Assembly: GCA_964016885.1 (NCBI GenBank)
Contig: OZ024741.1
Coordinates: forward strand, 243,908,001 to 243,972,000
Direction of reading: 5' to 3'
Origin: Eledone cirrhosa
Taxonomy: Eukaryota
Length of the DNA: 64,000 bases
Of this stretch, positions 39,701 to 54,634 are shown one piece after another. Position numbers and translations under genes: made by a program. Below the pieces are notes generated by a model that was given only the letters and a program-made list of their open reading frames with translations, was not told where the DNA came from and did no database searches. Numbering within the stretch: position 1 is the stretch's first letter; every line of letters starts with the position of its first letter.

Positions 39701-40381
39701 AATTCGCATTTTTGTGATTCGTTTCTTCGAAGCACACCATTCGCTGGTGGACTTCAGCTTCCTCATTTAACATGGGCAGCTTTTCTTGAACATCACACCA
39801 GACTCAGCAAATGTGTGTCTGCACATGTACCAGTAATTACAGATCGATCCGACCACGGACGGCTGGCCCAGGATCGAAAAGGTAACTCCGGCGGCAAATT
39901 CGCATTTTTGTGATTCGTTTCTTCGAAGCACACCATTCGCTGGTGGACTTCAGCTTCCTCATTTAGCATGGGCAGCTTTTCTTGAAAATCACACCACACA
40001 CAGCAAATGTGTGTCTGCACAGGTACCAGTAATTACAGATCGATCCGACCACGGACGGCTGGCCCACGATCGAAAAGGTAACTCCGCCGGCAAATCCTAA
40101 TTTTTGTGATTCGTTTCTTCGAAGCACACCATTCGCCGCCGGACTTCAGCTTCCTCATTTAGCATGGGCAGCTTTTCTTGAAAATCACACCACACACAGC
40201 CAATGAGTGACTGCACATGTACCAGTAATTACAGATCGATCCGACAACGGGCGGCCTGCCTACGATCGAAAAGGTAACTCCGCCGGCAAATTCGCATTTT
40301 TGTGATTCGTTTCTTCGAAGCACACCATTCGCCGCCGGACTTCAGCTTCCTCATTTAGCATGGGCAGCTTTTCTTGAAAAT

Positions 40382-43300
40382 CACACCACTCACAGCCAAT
40401 GAGTCTCTGCAGAGGTACCACTAATTACAGATCGATACGACCAGGGGCGGCCTGCCCACGATCGAAAAGGTAACTCCGCCGGAAAATCCGCATTTTTGTG
40501 ATTCGTTTCTTCGAAGCACACCATTCGCCGCCGGACTTCAGCTTCCTCATTTAGCAGGGGCAGCTTTTCTTAAAAATCACACCACACACAGCAAATGTGT
40601 GTCTGCACATGTACCAGTAATTACAGATCGATCCGACAACGGGCGGCCTGCCTACGATCGAAAAGGTAACTCCGCCGGCAAATTCGCATTTTTGTGATTC
40701 GTTTCTTCGAAGCACACCATTCGCCGCCGGACTTCAGCTTCCTCATTTAGCATGGGCAGCTTTTCTTGAAAATCACACCACTCACAGCCAATGAGTCTCT
40801 GCAGAGGTACCACTAATTACAGATCGATACGACCAGGGGCGGCCTGCCCACGATCGAAAAGGTAACTCCGCCGGAAAATCCGCATTTTTGTGATTCGTTT
40901 CTTCGAAGCACACCATTCGCCGCCGGACTTCAGCTTCCTCATTTAGCAGGGGCAGCTTTTCTTAAAAATCACACCACACTCAGCAAATGTGTGTCTGCAC
41001 ATGTACCAGTAATTACAGATCGATCCGACCACGGGCGGCCTGCCCACGATCGAAAAGGTAACTCCGCCGGCAAATTCGCATTTTTGTGATTCGTTTCTTC
41101 GAAGCACACCATTCGCTGGTGGACTTCAGCTTCCTCATTTAGCATGGGCAGCTTTTCTTGAAAATCACACCACTCACAGACTATGAGTCTCTGCACATGT
41201 ACCACTAATTACAGATCGATACGCCCACGGGCGGCCTGCCCACGATCGAAAAGGTAACTCCGCCGGCAAATCCGCATTTTTGTGATTCGTTTCTTCGAAG
41301 CACACCATTCGCCGCCGGACTTCAGCTTCCTCATTTAGCATGGGCAGCTTTTCTTAAAAATCACACCACACTCAGCAAATGAGTGTCTGCACATGTACCA
41401 GTAATTACAGATCGATCCGACCACGGGCGGCCTGCCTACGATCGAAAAGGTAACTCCGCCGGCAAATTCGCATTTTTGTGATTCGTTTCTTCGAAGCACA
41501 CCATTCGCCGCCGGACTTCAGCTTCCTCATTTAGCATGGGCAGCTTTTCTTGAAAATCACACCACACACAGCAAATGTGTGTCTGCACAGGTACGAGTAA
41601 TTACAGATCGATCCGACCACGGGCGGCCGGCCCACGATCGAAAAGGTAACTCCGCCGGCAAATCCGCATTTTTGTGATTCGTTTCTTCGAAGCACACCAC
41701 TCACAGCCAATGAGTCTCTGCAGAGGTACCACTAATTACAGATCGATACGACCAGGGGCGGCCTGCCCACGATCGAAAAGGTAACTCCGCCGGAAAATCC
41801 GCATTTTTGTGATTCGTTTCTTCGAAGCACACCATTCGCCGCCGGACTTCAGCTTCCTCATTTAGCAGGGGCAGCTTTTCTTAAAAATCACACCACACAC
41901 AGCAAATGTGTGTCTGCACATGTACCAGTAATTACAGATCGATCCGACAACGGGCGGCCTGCCTACGATCGAAAAGGTAACTCCGCCGGCAAATTCGCAT
42001 TTTTGTGATTCGTTTCTTCGAAGCACACCATTCGCCGCCGGACTTCAGCTTCCTCATTTAGCATGGGCAGCTTTTCTTGAAAATCACACCACTCACAGCC
42101 AATGAGTCTCTGCAGAGGTACCACTAATTACAGATCGATACGACCAGGGGCGGCCTGCCCACGATCGAAAAGGTAACTCCGCCGGAAAATCCGCATTTTT
42201 GTGATTCGTTTCTTCGAAGCACACCATTCGCCGCCGGACTTCAGCTTCCTCATTTAGCAGGGGCAGCTTTTCTTAAAAATCACACCACACTCAGCAAATG
42301 TGTGTCTGCACATGTACCAGTAATTACAGATCGATCCGACCACGGGCGGCCTGCCCACGATCGAAAAGGTAACTCCGCCGGCAAATTCGCATTTTTGTGA
42401 TTCGTTTCTTCGAAGCACACCATTCGCTGGTGGACTTCAGCTTCCTCATTTAGCATGGGCAGCTTTTCTTGAAAATCACACCACTCACAGACTATGAGTC
42501 TCTGCACATGTACCACTAATTACAGATCGATACGACCACGGGCGGCCTGCCCACGATCGAAAAGGTAACTCCGCCGGCAAATCCGCATTTTTGTGATTCG
42601 TTTCTTCGAAGCACACCATTCGCCGCCGGACTTCAGCTTCCTCATTTAGCATGGGCAGCTTTTCTTAAAAATCACACCACACTCAGCAAATGAGTGTCTG
42701 CACATGTACCAGTAATTACAGATCGATCCGACCACGGGCGGCCTGCCTACGATCGAAAAGGTAACTCCGCCGGCAAATTCGCATTTTTGTGATTCGTTTC
42801 TTCGAAGCACACCATTCGCCGCCGGACTTCAGCTTCCTCATTTAGCATGGGCAGCTTTTCTTGAAAATCACACCACACACAGCAAATGTGTGTCTGCACA
42901 GGTACGAGTAATTACAGATCGATCAGACCACGGGCGGCCGGCCCACGATCGAAAAGGTAACTCCGCCGGCAAATCCGCATTTTTGTGATTCGTTTCTTCG
43001 AAGCACACCATTCGCCGCCGGACTTCAGCTTCCTCATTTAGCATGGGCAGCTTTTCTTGAAAATCACACCACACACAGCAAATGTGTGTCTGCACAGGTA
43101 CGAGTAATTACAGATCGATCCGACCACGGGCGGCCGGCCCACGATCGAAAAGGTAACTCCGCCGGCAAATCCGCATTTTTGTGATTCGTTTCTTCGAAGC
43201 ACACCACTCACAGCCAATGAGTCTCTGCAGAGGTACCACTAATTACAGATCGATACGACCAGGGGCGGCCTGCCCACGATCGAAAAGGTAACTCCGCCGG

Positions 43301-44564
43301 AAAATCCGCATTTTTGTGATTCGTTTCTTCGAAGCACACCATTCGCCGCCGGACTTCAGCTTCCTCATTTAGCAGGGGCAGCTTTTCTTAAAAATCACAC
43401 CACACACAGCAAATGTGTGTCTGCACATGTACCAGTAATTACAGATCGATCCGACAACGGGCGGCCTGCCTACGATCGAAAAGGTAACTCCGCCGGCAAA
43501 TTCGCATTTTTGTGATTCGTTTCTTCGAAGCACACCATTCGCCGCCGGACTTCAGCTTCCTCATTTAGCATGGGCAGCTTTTCTTGAAAATCACACCACT
43601 CACAGCCAATGAGTCTCTGCAGAGGTACCACTAATTACAGATCGATACGACCAGGGGCGGCCTGCCCACGATCGAAAAGGTAACTCCGCCGGAAAATCCG
43701 CATTTTTGTGATTCGTTTCTTCGAAGCACACCATTCGCCGCCGGACTTCAGCTTCCTCATTTAGCAGGGGCAGCTTTTCTTAAAAATCACACCACACTCA
43801 GCAAATGTGTGTCTGCACATGTACCAGTAATTACAGATCGATCCGACCACGGGCGGCCTGCCCACGATCGAAAAGGTAACTCCGCCGGCAAATTCGCATT
43901 TTTGTGATTCGTTTCTTCGAAGCACACCATTCGCTGGTGGACTTCAGCTTCCTCATTTAGCATGGGCAGCTTTTCTTGAAAATCACACCACTCACAGACT
44001 ATGAGTCTCTGCACATGTACCACTAATTACAGATCGATACGACCACGGGCGGCCTGCCCACGATCGAAAAGGTAACTCCGCCGGCAAATCCGCATTTTTG
44101 TGATTCGTTTCTTCGAAGCACACCATTCGCCGCCGGACTTCAGCTTCCTCATTTAGCATGGGCAGCTTTTCTTAAAAATCACACCACACTCAGCAAATGA
44201 GTGTCTGCACATGTACCAGTAATTACAGATCGATCCGACCACGGGCGGCCTGCCTACGATCGAAAAGGTAACTCCGCCGGCAAATTCGCATTTTTGTGAT
44301 TCGTTTCTTCGAAGCACACCATTCGCCGCCGGACTTCAGCTTCCTCATTTAGCATGGGCAGCTTTTCTTGAAAATCACACCACACACAGCAAATGTGTGT
44401 CTGCACAGGTACGAGTAATTACAGATCGATCAGACCACGGGCGGCCGGCCCACGATCGAAAAGGTAACTCCGCCGGCAAATCCGCATTTTTGTGATTCGT
44501 TTCTTCGAAGCACACCATTCGCCGCCGGACTTCAGCTTCCTCATTTAGCATGGGCAGCTTTTCT
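40382..44564 (+). repeat. Nested 1,311-bp and 1,507-bp tandem duplications around the truncated monomer (repeated at +9,874)
   Basis: ORF offsets 40969/42280 (1,311 = 7x196-61) and 42280/43787, 42868/44375 (1,507 = 8x196-61). The order of monomer types is the same in each copy. Confidence 0.85.
41551..41699 (+). repeat. Truncated (61 bp short) monomer with CACACCA junction at 41693-41699; further copies at 43200-43206, 51567-51573 and 53074-53080
   Basis: The sequence reads TTCGAAG-CACACCA-CTCACAGCCAATG, so monomer positions 143-149 are joined to positions 8-14 of another monomer. The array phase shifts by -61 at each. Confidence 0.95.
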
Positions 44565-47500
44565 TGAAAATCACACCACACACAGCAAATGTGTGTCTGC
44601 ACATTTCCCAGTAATTACAGATCGATCCGACCACGGGCGGCCGGCCCACGATCAAAAAGGTAACTCCGCCGGCAAATCCGCATTTTTGTGATTCGTTTCT
44701 TCGAAGCACACCATTCGCCGCCGGACTTCAGCTTCCTCATTTAGCATGGGCAGCTTTTCTTGAAAATCACACCACACACAGCAAATGTGTGTCTGCACAT
44801 GTACCAGTAATTACAGATCGATCCGACAACGGCCGGCCGGCCCACGATCGAAAAGGTAACTCCGCCGGCAAAGTCGCATTTTTGTGATTCGTTTCTTCGA
44901 AGCACACCATTCGCTGGTGGACTTCAGCTTCCTCATTTAGCATGGGCAGCTTTTCTTGAAAATCACACCACACACAGCAAATGTGTCTCTGCACATGTAC
45001 TAGTAATTACAGATCGATCCGACCACGGGCCACCGGCCCACGATCGAAAAGGTAACTCCGGCGGCAAATTCGCATTTTTGTGATTCATTTCTTCGAAGCA
45101 CACCATTCGCTGGTGGACTTCAGCTTCCTCATTTAACATGGGCAGCTTTTCTTGAAAATCACACCACACACAGCCAATGAGTGTCTGCACAGGTACCAGT
45201 AATTACAGATCGATCCGACCACGGGCGGCCTGCCCACGATCGAAAAGGTAACTCCGCCGGCAAATCCGCATTTTTGTGATTCGTTTCTTCGAAGCACACC
45301 ATTCGCTGGTGGACTTCAGCTTCCTCATTTAACATGGGCAGCTTTTCTTGAAAATCACACCACACACAGCAAATGTGTGTCTGCACATGTACCAGTAATT
45401 ACAGATCGATCCGACAACGGCCGGCCGGCCCACGATCGAAAAGGTAACTCCGCCGGCAAATCCTAATTTTTGTGATTCGTTTCTTCGAAGCACACCATTC
45501 GCCGCCGGACTTCAGCTGCCTCATTTAGCATGGGCAGCTTTTCTTGAAAATCACACCACACACAGCCAATGAGTGACTGCACATGTACCAGTAATTACAG
45601 ATCGATCCGACAACGGGCGGCCTGCCTACGATCGAAAAGGTAACTCCGCCGGCAAATTCGCATTTTTGTGATTCGTTTCTTCGAAGCACACCATTCGCCG
45701 CCGGACTTCAGCTTCCTCATTTAGCATGGGCAGCTTTTCTTGAAAATCACAACACTCACAGCCAATGAGTCTCTGCACAGGTACCACTAATTACAGATCG
45801 ATACGACCAGGGGCGGCCTGCCCACGATCGAAAAGGTAACTCCGCCGGCAAATCCGCATTTTTGTGATTCGTTTCTTCGAAGCACACCATTCGCCGCCGG
45901 ACTTCAGCTTCCTCATTTAGCAGGGGCAGCTTTTCTTAAAAATCACACCACACTCAGCAAATGTGTGTCTGCACATGTACCAGTAATTACAGATCGATCC
46001 GACCACGGGCGGCCTGCCCACGATCGAAAAGGTAACTCCGCCGGCAAATTCGCATTTTTGTGATTCGTTTCTTCGAAGCACACCATTCGCTGGTGGACTT
46101 CAGCTTCCTCATTTAACATGGGCAGCTTTTCTTGAACATCACACCAGACTCAGCAAATGTGTGTCTGCACATGTACCAGTAATTACAGATCGATCCGACC
46201 ACGGACGGCTGGCCCAGGATCGAAAAGGTAACTCCGGCGGCAAATTCGCATTTTTGTGATTCGTTTCTTCGAAGCACACCATTCGCTGGTGGACTTCAGC
46301 TTCCTCATTTAGCATGGGCAGCTTTTCTTAAAAATCACACCATACTCAGCAAATGTGTGTCTGCACAGGTACCAGTAATTACAGATCGATCCGACCACGG
46401 ACGGCTGGCCCACGATCGAAAAGGTAACTCCGCCGGCAAATCCTAATTTTTGTGATTCGTTTCTTCGAAGCACACCATTCGCCGCCGGACTTCAGCTTCC
46501 TCATTTAGCATGGGCAACTTTTCTTGAAAATCACACCACTCACAGCCAATGAGTCTCTGCAGAGGTACCACTAATTACAGATCGATACGACCAGGGGCGA
46601 CCTGCCCACGATCGAAAAGGTAACTCCGCCGGAAAATCCGCATTTTTGTGATTCGTTTCTTCGAAGCACACCATTCGCCGCCGGACTTCAGCTTCCTCAT
46701 TTAGCAGGGGCAGCTTTTCTTAAAAATCACACCACACTCAGCAAATGTGTGTCTGCACATGTACCAGTAATTACAGATCGATCCGACCACGGGCGGCCTG
46801 CCCACGATCGAAAAGGTAACTCCGCCGGCAAATTCGCATTTTTGTGATTCGTTTCTTCGAAGCACACCATTCGCTGGTGGACTTCAGCTTCCTCATTTAG
46901 CATGGGCAGCTTTTCTTGAAAATCACACCACTCACAGACTATGAGTCTCTGCACATGTACCACTAATTACAGATCGATACGACCACGGGCGGCCTGCCCA
47001 CGATCGAAAAGGTAACTCCGCCGGCAAATCCGCATTTTTGTGATTCGTTTCTTCGAAGCACACCATTCGCCGCCGGACTTCAGCTTCCTCATTTAGCATG
47101 GGCAGCTTTTCTTAAAAATCACACCACACTCAGCAAATGAGTGTCTGCACATGTACCAGTAATTACAGATCGATCCGACCACGGGCGGCCTGCCTACGAT
47201 CGAAAAGGTAACTCCGCCGGCAAATTCGCATTTTTGGGATTCGTTTCTTCGAAGCACACCATTCGCCGCCGGACTTCAGCTTCCTCATTTAGCATGGGCA
47301 GCTTTTCTTGAAAATCACACCACACACAGCAAATGTGTGTCTGCACAGGTACGAGTAATTACAGATCGATCCGACCACGGGCGGCCGGCCCACGATCGAA
47401 AAGGTAACTCCGCCGGCAAATCCGCATTTTTGTGATTCGTTTCTTCGAAGCACACCATTCGCCGCCGGACTTCAGCTTCCTCATTTAGCATGGGCAGCTT

Positions 47501-50500
47501 TTCTTGAAAATCACACCACTCACAGCCAATGAGTCTCTGCAGAGGTACCACTAATTACAGATCGATACGACCAGGGGCGGCCTGCCCACGATCGAAAAGG
47601 TAACTCCGCCGGAAAATCCGCATTTTTGTGATTCGTTTCTTCGAAGCACACCATTCGCCGCCGGACTTCAGCTTCCTCATTTAGCAGGGGCAGCTTTTCT
47701 TAAAAATCACACCACACTCAGCAAATGTGTGTCTGCACATGTACCAGTAATTACAGATCGATCCGACCACGGGCGGCCTGCCCACGATCGAAAAGGTAAC
47801 TCCGCCGGCAAATTCGCATTTTTGTGATTCGTTTCTTCGAAGCACACCATTCGCTGGTGGACTTCAGCTTCCTCATTTAGCATGGGCAGCTTTTCTTGAA
47901 AATCACACCACACACAGCAAATGTGTGTCTGCACAGGTACGAGTAATTACAGATCGATCCGACCACGGGCGGCCGGCCCACGATCGAAAAGGTAACTCCG
48001 CCGGCAAATCCGCATTTTTGTGATTCGTTTCTTCGAAGCACACCATTCGCCGCCGGACTTCAGCTTCCTCATTTAGCATGGGCAGCTTTTCTTGAAAATC
48101 ACACCACACACAGCAAATGTGTGTCTGCACATATCCCAGTAATTACAGATCGATCCGACCACGGGCGGCCGGCCCACGATCAAAAAGGTAACTCCGCCGG
48201 CAAATCCGCATTTTTGTGATTCGTTTCTTCGAAGCACACCATTCGCCGCCGGACTTCAGCTTCCTCATTTAGCATGGGCAGCTTTTCTTGAAAATCACAC
48301 CACACACAGCCAATGAGTGACTGCACATGTACCAGTAATTACAGATCGATCCGACAACGGGCGGCCTGCCTACGATCGAAAAGGTAACTCCGCCGGCAAA
48401 TTCGCATTTTTGTGATTCGTTTCTTCGAAGCACACCATTCGCCGCCGGACTTCAGCTTCCTCATTTAGCATGGGCAGCTTTTCTTGAAAATCACACCACT
48501 CACAGCCAATGAGTCTCTGCACAGGTACCACTAATTACAGATCGATACGACCAGGGGCGGCCTGCCCACGATCGAAAAGGTAACTCCGCCGGCAAATCCG
48601 CATTTTTGTGATTCGTTTCTTCGAAGCACACCATTCGCCGCCGGACTTCAGCTTCCTCATTTAGCAGGGGCAGCTTTTCTTAAAAATCACACCATACTCA
48701 GCAAATGTGTGTCTGCACATGTACCAGTAATTACAGATCGATCCGACCACGGAAGGCCTGCCCACGATCGAAAAGGTAACTCCGCCGGCAAATTCGCATT
48801 TTTGTGATTCGTTTCTTCGAAGCACACCATTCGCTGGTGGACTTCAGCTTCCTCATTTAACATGGGCAGCTTTTCTTGAACATCACACCAGACTCAGCAA
48901 ATGTGTGTCTGCACATGTACCAGTAATTACAGATCGATCCGACCACGGACGGCTGGCCCAGGATCGAAAAGGTAACTCCGGCGGCAAATTCGCATTTTTG
49001 TGATTCGTTTCTTCGAAGCACACCATTCGCCGCCGGACTTCAGCTTCCTCATTTAGCATGGGCAGCTTTTCTTGAAAATCACACCACACACAGCAAATGT
49101 GTGTCTGCACATGTACCAGTAATTACAGATCGATCCGACAACGGCCGGCCGGCCCACGATCGAAAAGGTAACTCCGCCGGCAAATCCTAATTTTTGTGAT
49201 TCGTTTCTTCGAAGCACACCATTCGCCGCCGGACTTCAGCTGCCTCATTTAGCATGGGCAGCTTTTCTTGAAAATCACACCACACACAGCCAATGAGTGA
49301 CTGCACATGTACCAGTAATTACAGATCGATCCGACAACGGGCGGCCTGCCTACGATCGAAAAGGTAACTCCGCCGGCAAATTCGCATTTTTGTGATTCGT
49401 TTCTTCGAAGCACACCATTCGCCGCCGGACTTCAGCTTCCTCATTTAGCAGGGGCAGCTTTTCTTAAAAATCACACCACACTCAGCAAATGTGTGTCTGC
49501 ACATGTACCAGTAATTACAGATCGATCCGACCACGGGCGGCCTGCCCACGATCGAAAAGGTAACTCCGCCGGCAAATTCGCATTTTTGTGATTCGTTTCT
49601 TCGAAGCACACCATTCGCTGGTGGACTTCAGCTTCCTCATTTAACATGGGCAGCTTTTCTTGAACATCACACCAGACTCAGCAAATGTGTGTCTGCACAT
49701 GTACCAGTAATTACAGATCGATCCGACCACGGACGGCTGGCCCAGGATCGAAAAGGTAACTCCGGCGGCAAATTCGCATTTTTGTGATTCGTTTCTTCGA
49801 AGCACACCATTCGCTGGTGGACTTCAGCTTCCTCATTTAGCATGGGCAGCTTTTCTTGAAAATCACACCACACACAGCAAATGTGTGTCTGCACAGGTAC
49901 CAGTAATTACAGATCGATCCGACCACGGACGGCTGGCCCACGATCGAAAAGGTAACTCCGCCGGCAAATCCTAATTTTTGTGATTCGTTTCTTCGAAGCA
50001 CACCATTCGCCGCCGGACTTCAGCTTCCTCATTTAGCATGGGCAGCTTTTCTTGAAAATCACACCACACACAGCCAATGAGTGACTGCACATGTACCAGT
50101 AATTACAGATCGATCCGACAACGGGCGGCCTGCCTACGATCGAAAAGGTAACTCCGCCGGCAAATTCGCATTTTTGTGATTCGTTTCTTCGAAGCACACC
50201 ATTCGCCGCCGGACTTCAGCTTCCTCATTTAGCATGGGCAGCTTTTCTTGAAAATCACACCACTCACAGCCAATGAGTCTCTGCAGAGGTACCACTAATT
50301 ACAGATCGATACGACCAGGGGCGGCCTGCCCACGATCGAAAAGGTAACTCCGCCGGAAAATCCGCATTTTTGTGATTCGTTTCTTCGAAGCACACCATTC
50401 GCCGCCGGACTTCAGCTTCCTCATTTAGCAGGGGCAGCTTTTCTTAAAAATCACACCACACACAGCAAATGTGTGTCTGCACATGTACCAGTAATTACAG

Positions 50501-53500
50501 ATCGATCCGACAACGGGCGGCCTGCCTACGATCGAAAAGGTAACTCCGCCGGCAAATTCGCATTTTTGTGATTCGTTTCTTCGAAGCACACCATTCGCCG
50601 CCGGACTTCAGCTTCCTCATTTAGCATGGGCAGCTTTTCTTGAAAATCACACCACTCACAGCCAATGAGTCTCTGCAGAGGTACCACTAATTACAGATCG
50701 ATACGACCAGGGGCGGCCTGCCCACGATCGAAAAGGTAACTCCGCCGGAAAATCCGCATTTTTGTGATTCGTTTCTTCGAAGCACACCATTCGCCGCCGG
50801 ACTTCAGCTTCCTCATTTAGCAGGGGCAGCTTTTCTTAAAAATCACACCACACTCAGCAAATGTGTGTCTGCACATGTACCAGTAATTACAGATCGATCC
50901 GACCACGGGCGGCCTGCCCACGATCGAAAAGGTAACTCCGCCGGCAAATTCGCATTTTTGTGATTCGTTTCTTCGAAGCACACCATTCGCTGGTGGACTT
51001 CAGCTTCCTCATTTAGCATGGGCAGCTTTTCTTGAAAATCACACCACTCACAGACTATGAGTCTCTGCACATGTACCACTAATTACAGATCGATACGCCC
51101 ACGGGCGGCCTGCCCACGATCGAAAAGGTAACTCCGCCGGCAAATCCGCATTTTTGTGATTCGTTTCTTCGAAGCACACCATTCGCCGCCGGACTTCAGC
51201 TTCCTCATTTAGCATGGGCAGCTTTTCTTAAAAATCACACCACACTCAGCAAATGAGTGTCTGCACATGTACCAGTAATTACAGATCGATCCGACCACGG
51301 GCGGCCTGCCTACGATCGAAAAGGTAACTCCGCCGGCAAATTCGCATTTTTGTGATTCGTTTCTTCGAAGCACACCATTCGCCGCCGGACTTCAGCTTCC
51401 TCATTTAGCATGGGCAGCTTTTCTTGAAAATCACACCACACACAGCAAATGTGTGTCTGCACAGGTACGAGTAATTACAGATCGATCCGACCACGGGCGG
51501 CCGGCCCACGATCGAAAAGGTAACTCCGCCGGCAAATCCGCATTTTTGTGATTCGTTTCTTCGAAGCACACCACTCACAGCCAATGAGTCTCTGCAGAGG
51601 TACCACTAATTACAGATCGATACGACCAGGGGCGGCCTGCCCACGATCGAAAAGGTAACTCCGCCGGAAAATCCGCATTTTTGTGATTCGTTTCTTCGAA
51701 GCACACCATTCGCCGCCGGACTTCAGCTTCCTCATTTAGCAGGGGCAGCTTTTCTTAAAAATCACACCACACACAGCAAATGTGTGTCTGCACATGTACC
51801 AGTAATTACAGATCGATCCGACAACGGGCGGCCTGCCTACGATCGAAAAGGTAACTCCGCCGGCAAATTCGCATTTTTGTGATTCGTTTCTTCGAAGCAC
51901 ACCATTCGCCGCCGGACTTCAGCTTCCTCATTTAGCATGGGCAGCTTTTCTTGAAAATCACACCACTCACAGCCAATGAGTCTCTGCAGAGGTACCACTA
52001 ATTACAGATCGATACGACCAGGGGCGGCCTGCCCACGATCGAAAAGGTAACTCCGCCGGAAAATCCGCATTTTTGTGATTCGTTTCTTCGAAGCACACCA
52101 TTCGCCGCCGGACTTCAGCTTCCTCATTTAGCAGGGGCAGCTTTTCTTAAAAATCACACCACACTCAGCAAATGTGTGTCTGCACATGTACCAGTAATTA
52201 CAGATCGATCCGACCACGGGCGGCCTGCCCACGATCGAAAAGGTAACTCCGCCGGCAAATTCGCATTTTTGTGATTCGTTTCTTCGAAGCACACCATTCG
52301 CTGGTGGACTTCAGCTTCCTCATTTAGCATGGGCAGCTTTTCTTGAAAATCACACCACTCACAGACTATGAGTCTCTGCACATGTACCACTAATTACAGA
52401 TCGATACGACCACGGGCGGCCTGCCCACGATCGAAAAGGTAACTCCGCCGGCAAATCCGCATTTTTGTGATTCGTTTCTTCGAAGCACACCATTCGCCGC
52501 CGGACTTCAGCTTCCTCATTTAGCATGGGCAGCTTTTCTTAAAAATCACACCACACTCAGCAAATGAGTGTCTGCACATGTACCAGTAATTACAGATCGA
52601 TCCGACCACGGGCGGCCTGCCTACGATCGAAAAGGTAACTCCGCCGGCAAATTCGCATTTTTGTGATTCGTTTCTTCGAAGCACACCATTCGCCGCCGGA
52701 CTTCAGCTTCCTCATTTAGCATGGGCAGCTTTTCTTGAAAATCACACCACACACAGCAAATGTGTGTCTGCACAGGTACGAGTAATTACAGATCGATCAG
52801 ACCACGGGCGGCCGGCCCACGATCGAAAAGGTAACTCCGCCGGCAAATCCGCATTTTTGTGATTCGTTTCTTCGAAGCACACCATTCGCCGCCGGACTTC
52901 AGCTTCCTCATTTAGCATGGGCAGCTTTTCTTGAAAATCACACCACACACAGCAAATGTGTGTCTGCACAGGTACGAGTAATTACAGATCGATCCGACCA
53001 CGGGCGGCCGGCCCACGATCGAAAAGGTAACTCCGCCGGCAAATCCGCATTTTTGTGATTCGTTTCTTCGAAGCACACCACTCACAGCCAATGAGTCTCT
53101 GCAGAGGTACCACTAATTACAGATCGATACGACCAGGGGCGGCCTGCCCACGATCGAAAAGGTAACTCCGCCGGAAAATCCGCATTTTTGTGATTCGTTT
53201 CTTCGAAGCACACCATTCGCCGCCGGACTTCAGCTTCCTCATTTAGCAGGGGCAGCTTTTCTTAAAAATCACACCACACACAGCAAATGTGTGTCTGCAC
53301 ATGTACCAGTAATTACAGATCGATCCGACAACGGGCGGCCTGCCTACGATCGAAAAGGTAACTCCGCCGGCAAATTCGCATTTTTGTGATTCGTTTCTTC
53401 GAAGCACACCATTCGCCGCCGGACTTCAGCTTCCTCATTTAGCATGGGCAGCTTTTCTTGAAAATCACACCACTCACAGCCAATGAGTCTCTGCAGAGGT

Positions 53501-54634
53501 ACCACTAATTACAGATCGATACGACCAGGGGCGGCCTGCCCACGATCGAAAAGGTAACTCCGCCGGAAAATCCGCATTTTTGTGATTCGTTTCTTCGAAG
53601 CACACCATTCGCCGCCGGACTTCAGCTTCCTCATTTAGCAGGGGCAGCTTTTCTTAAAAATCACACCACACTCAGCAAATGTGTGTCTGCACATGTACCA
53701 GTAATTACAGATCGATCCGACCACGGGCGGCCTGCCCACGATCGAAAAGGTAACTCCGCCGGCAAATTCGCATTTTTGTGATTCGTTTCTTCGAAGCACA
53801 CCATTCGCTGGTGGACTTCAGCTTCCTCATTTAGCATGGGCAGCTTTTCTTGAAAATCACACCACTCACAGACTATGAGTCTCTGCACATGTACCACTAA
53901 TTACAGATCGATACGACCACGGGCGGCCTGCCCACGATCGAAAAGGTAACTCCGCCGGCAAATCCGCATTTTTGTGATTCGTTTCTTCGAAGCACACCAT
54001 TCGCCGCCGGACTTCAGCTTCCTCATTTAGCATGGGCAGCTTTTCTTAAAAATCACACCACACTCAGCAAATGAGTGTCTGCACATGTACCAGTAATTAC
54101 AGATCGATCCGACCACGGGCGGCCTGCCTACGATCGAAAAGGTAACTCCGCCGGCAAATTCGCATTTTTGTGATTCGTTTCTTCGAAGCACACCATTCGC
54201 CGCCGGACTTCAGCTTCCTCATTTAGCATGGGCAGCTTTTCTTGAAAATCACACCACACACAGCAAATGTGTGTCTGCACAGGTACGAGTAATTACAGAT
54301 CGATCAGACCACGGGCGGCCGGCCCACGATCGAAAAGGTAACTCCGCCGGCAAATCCGCATTTTTGTGATTCGTTTCTTCGAAGCACACCATTCGCCGCC
54401 GGACTTCAGCTTCCTCATTTAGCATGGGCAGCTTTTCTTGAAAATCACACCACACACAGCAAATGTGTGTCTGCACATTTCCCAGTAATTACAGATCGAT
54501 CCGACCACGGGCGGCCGGCCCACGATCAAAAAGGTAACTCCGCCGGCAAATCCGCATTTTTGTGATTCGTTTCTTCGAAGCACACCATTCGCCGCCGGAC
54601 TTCAGCTTCCTCATTTAGCATGGGCAGCTTTTCT

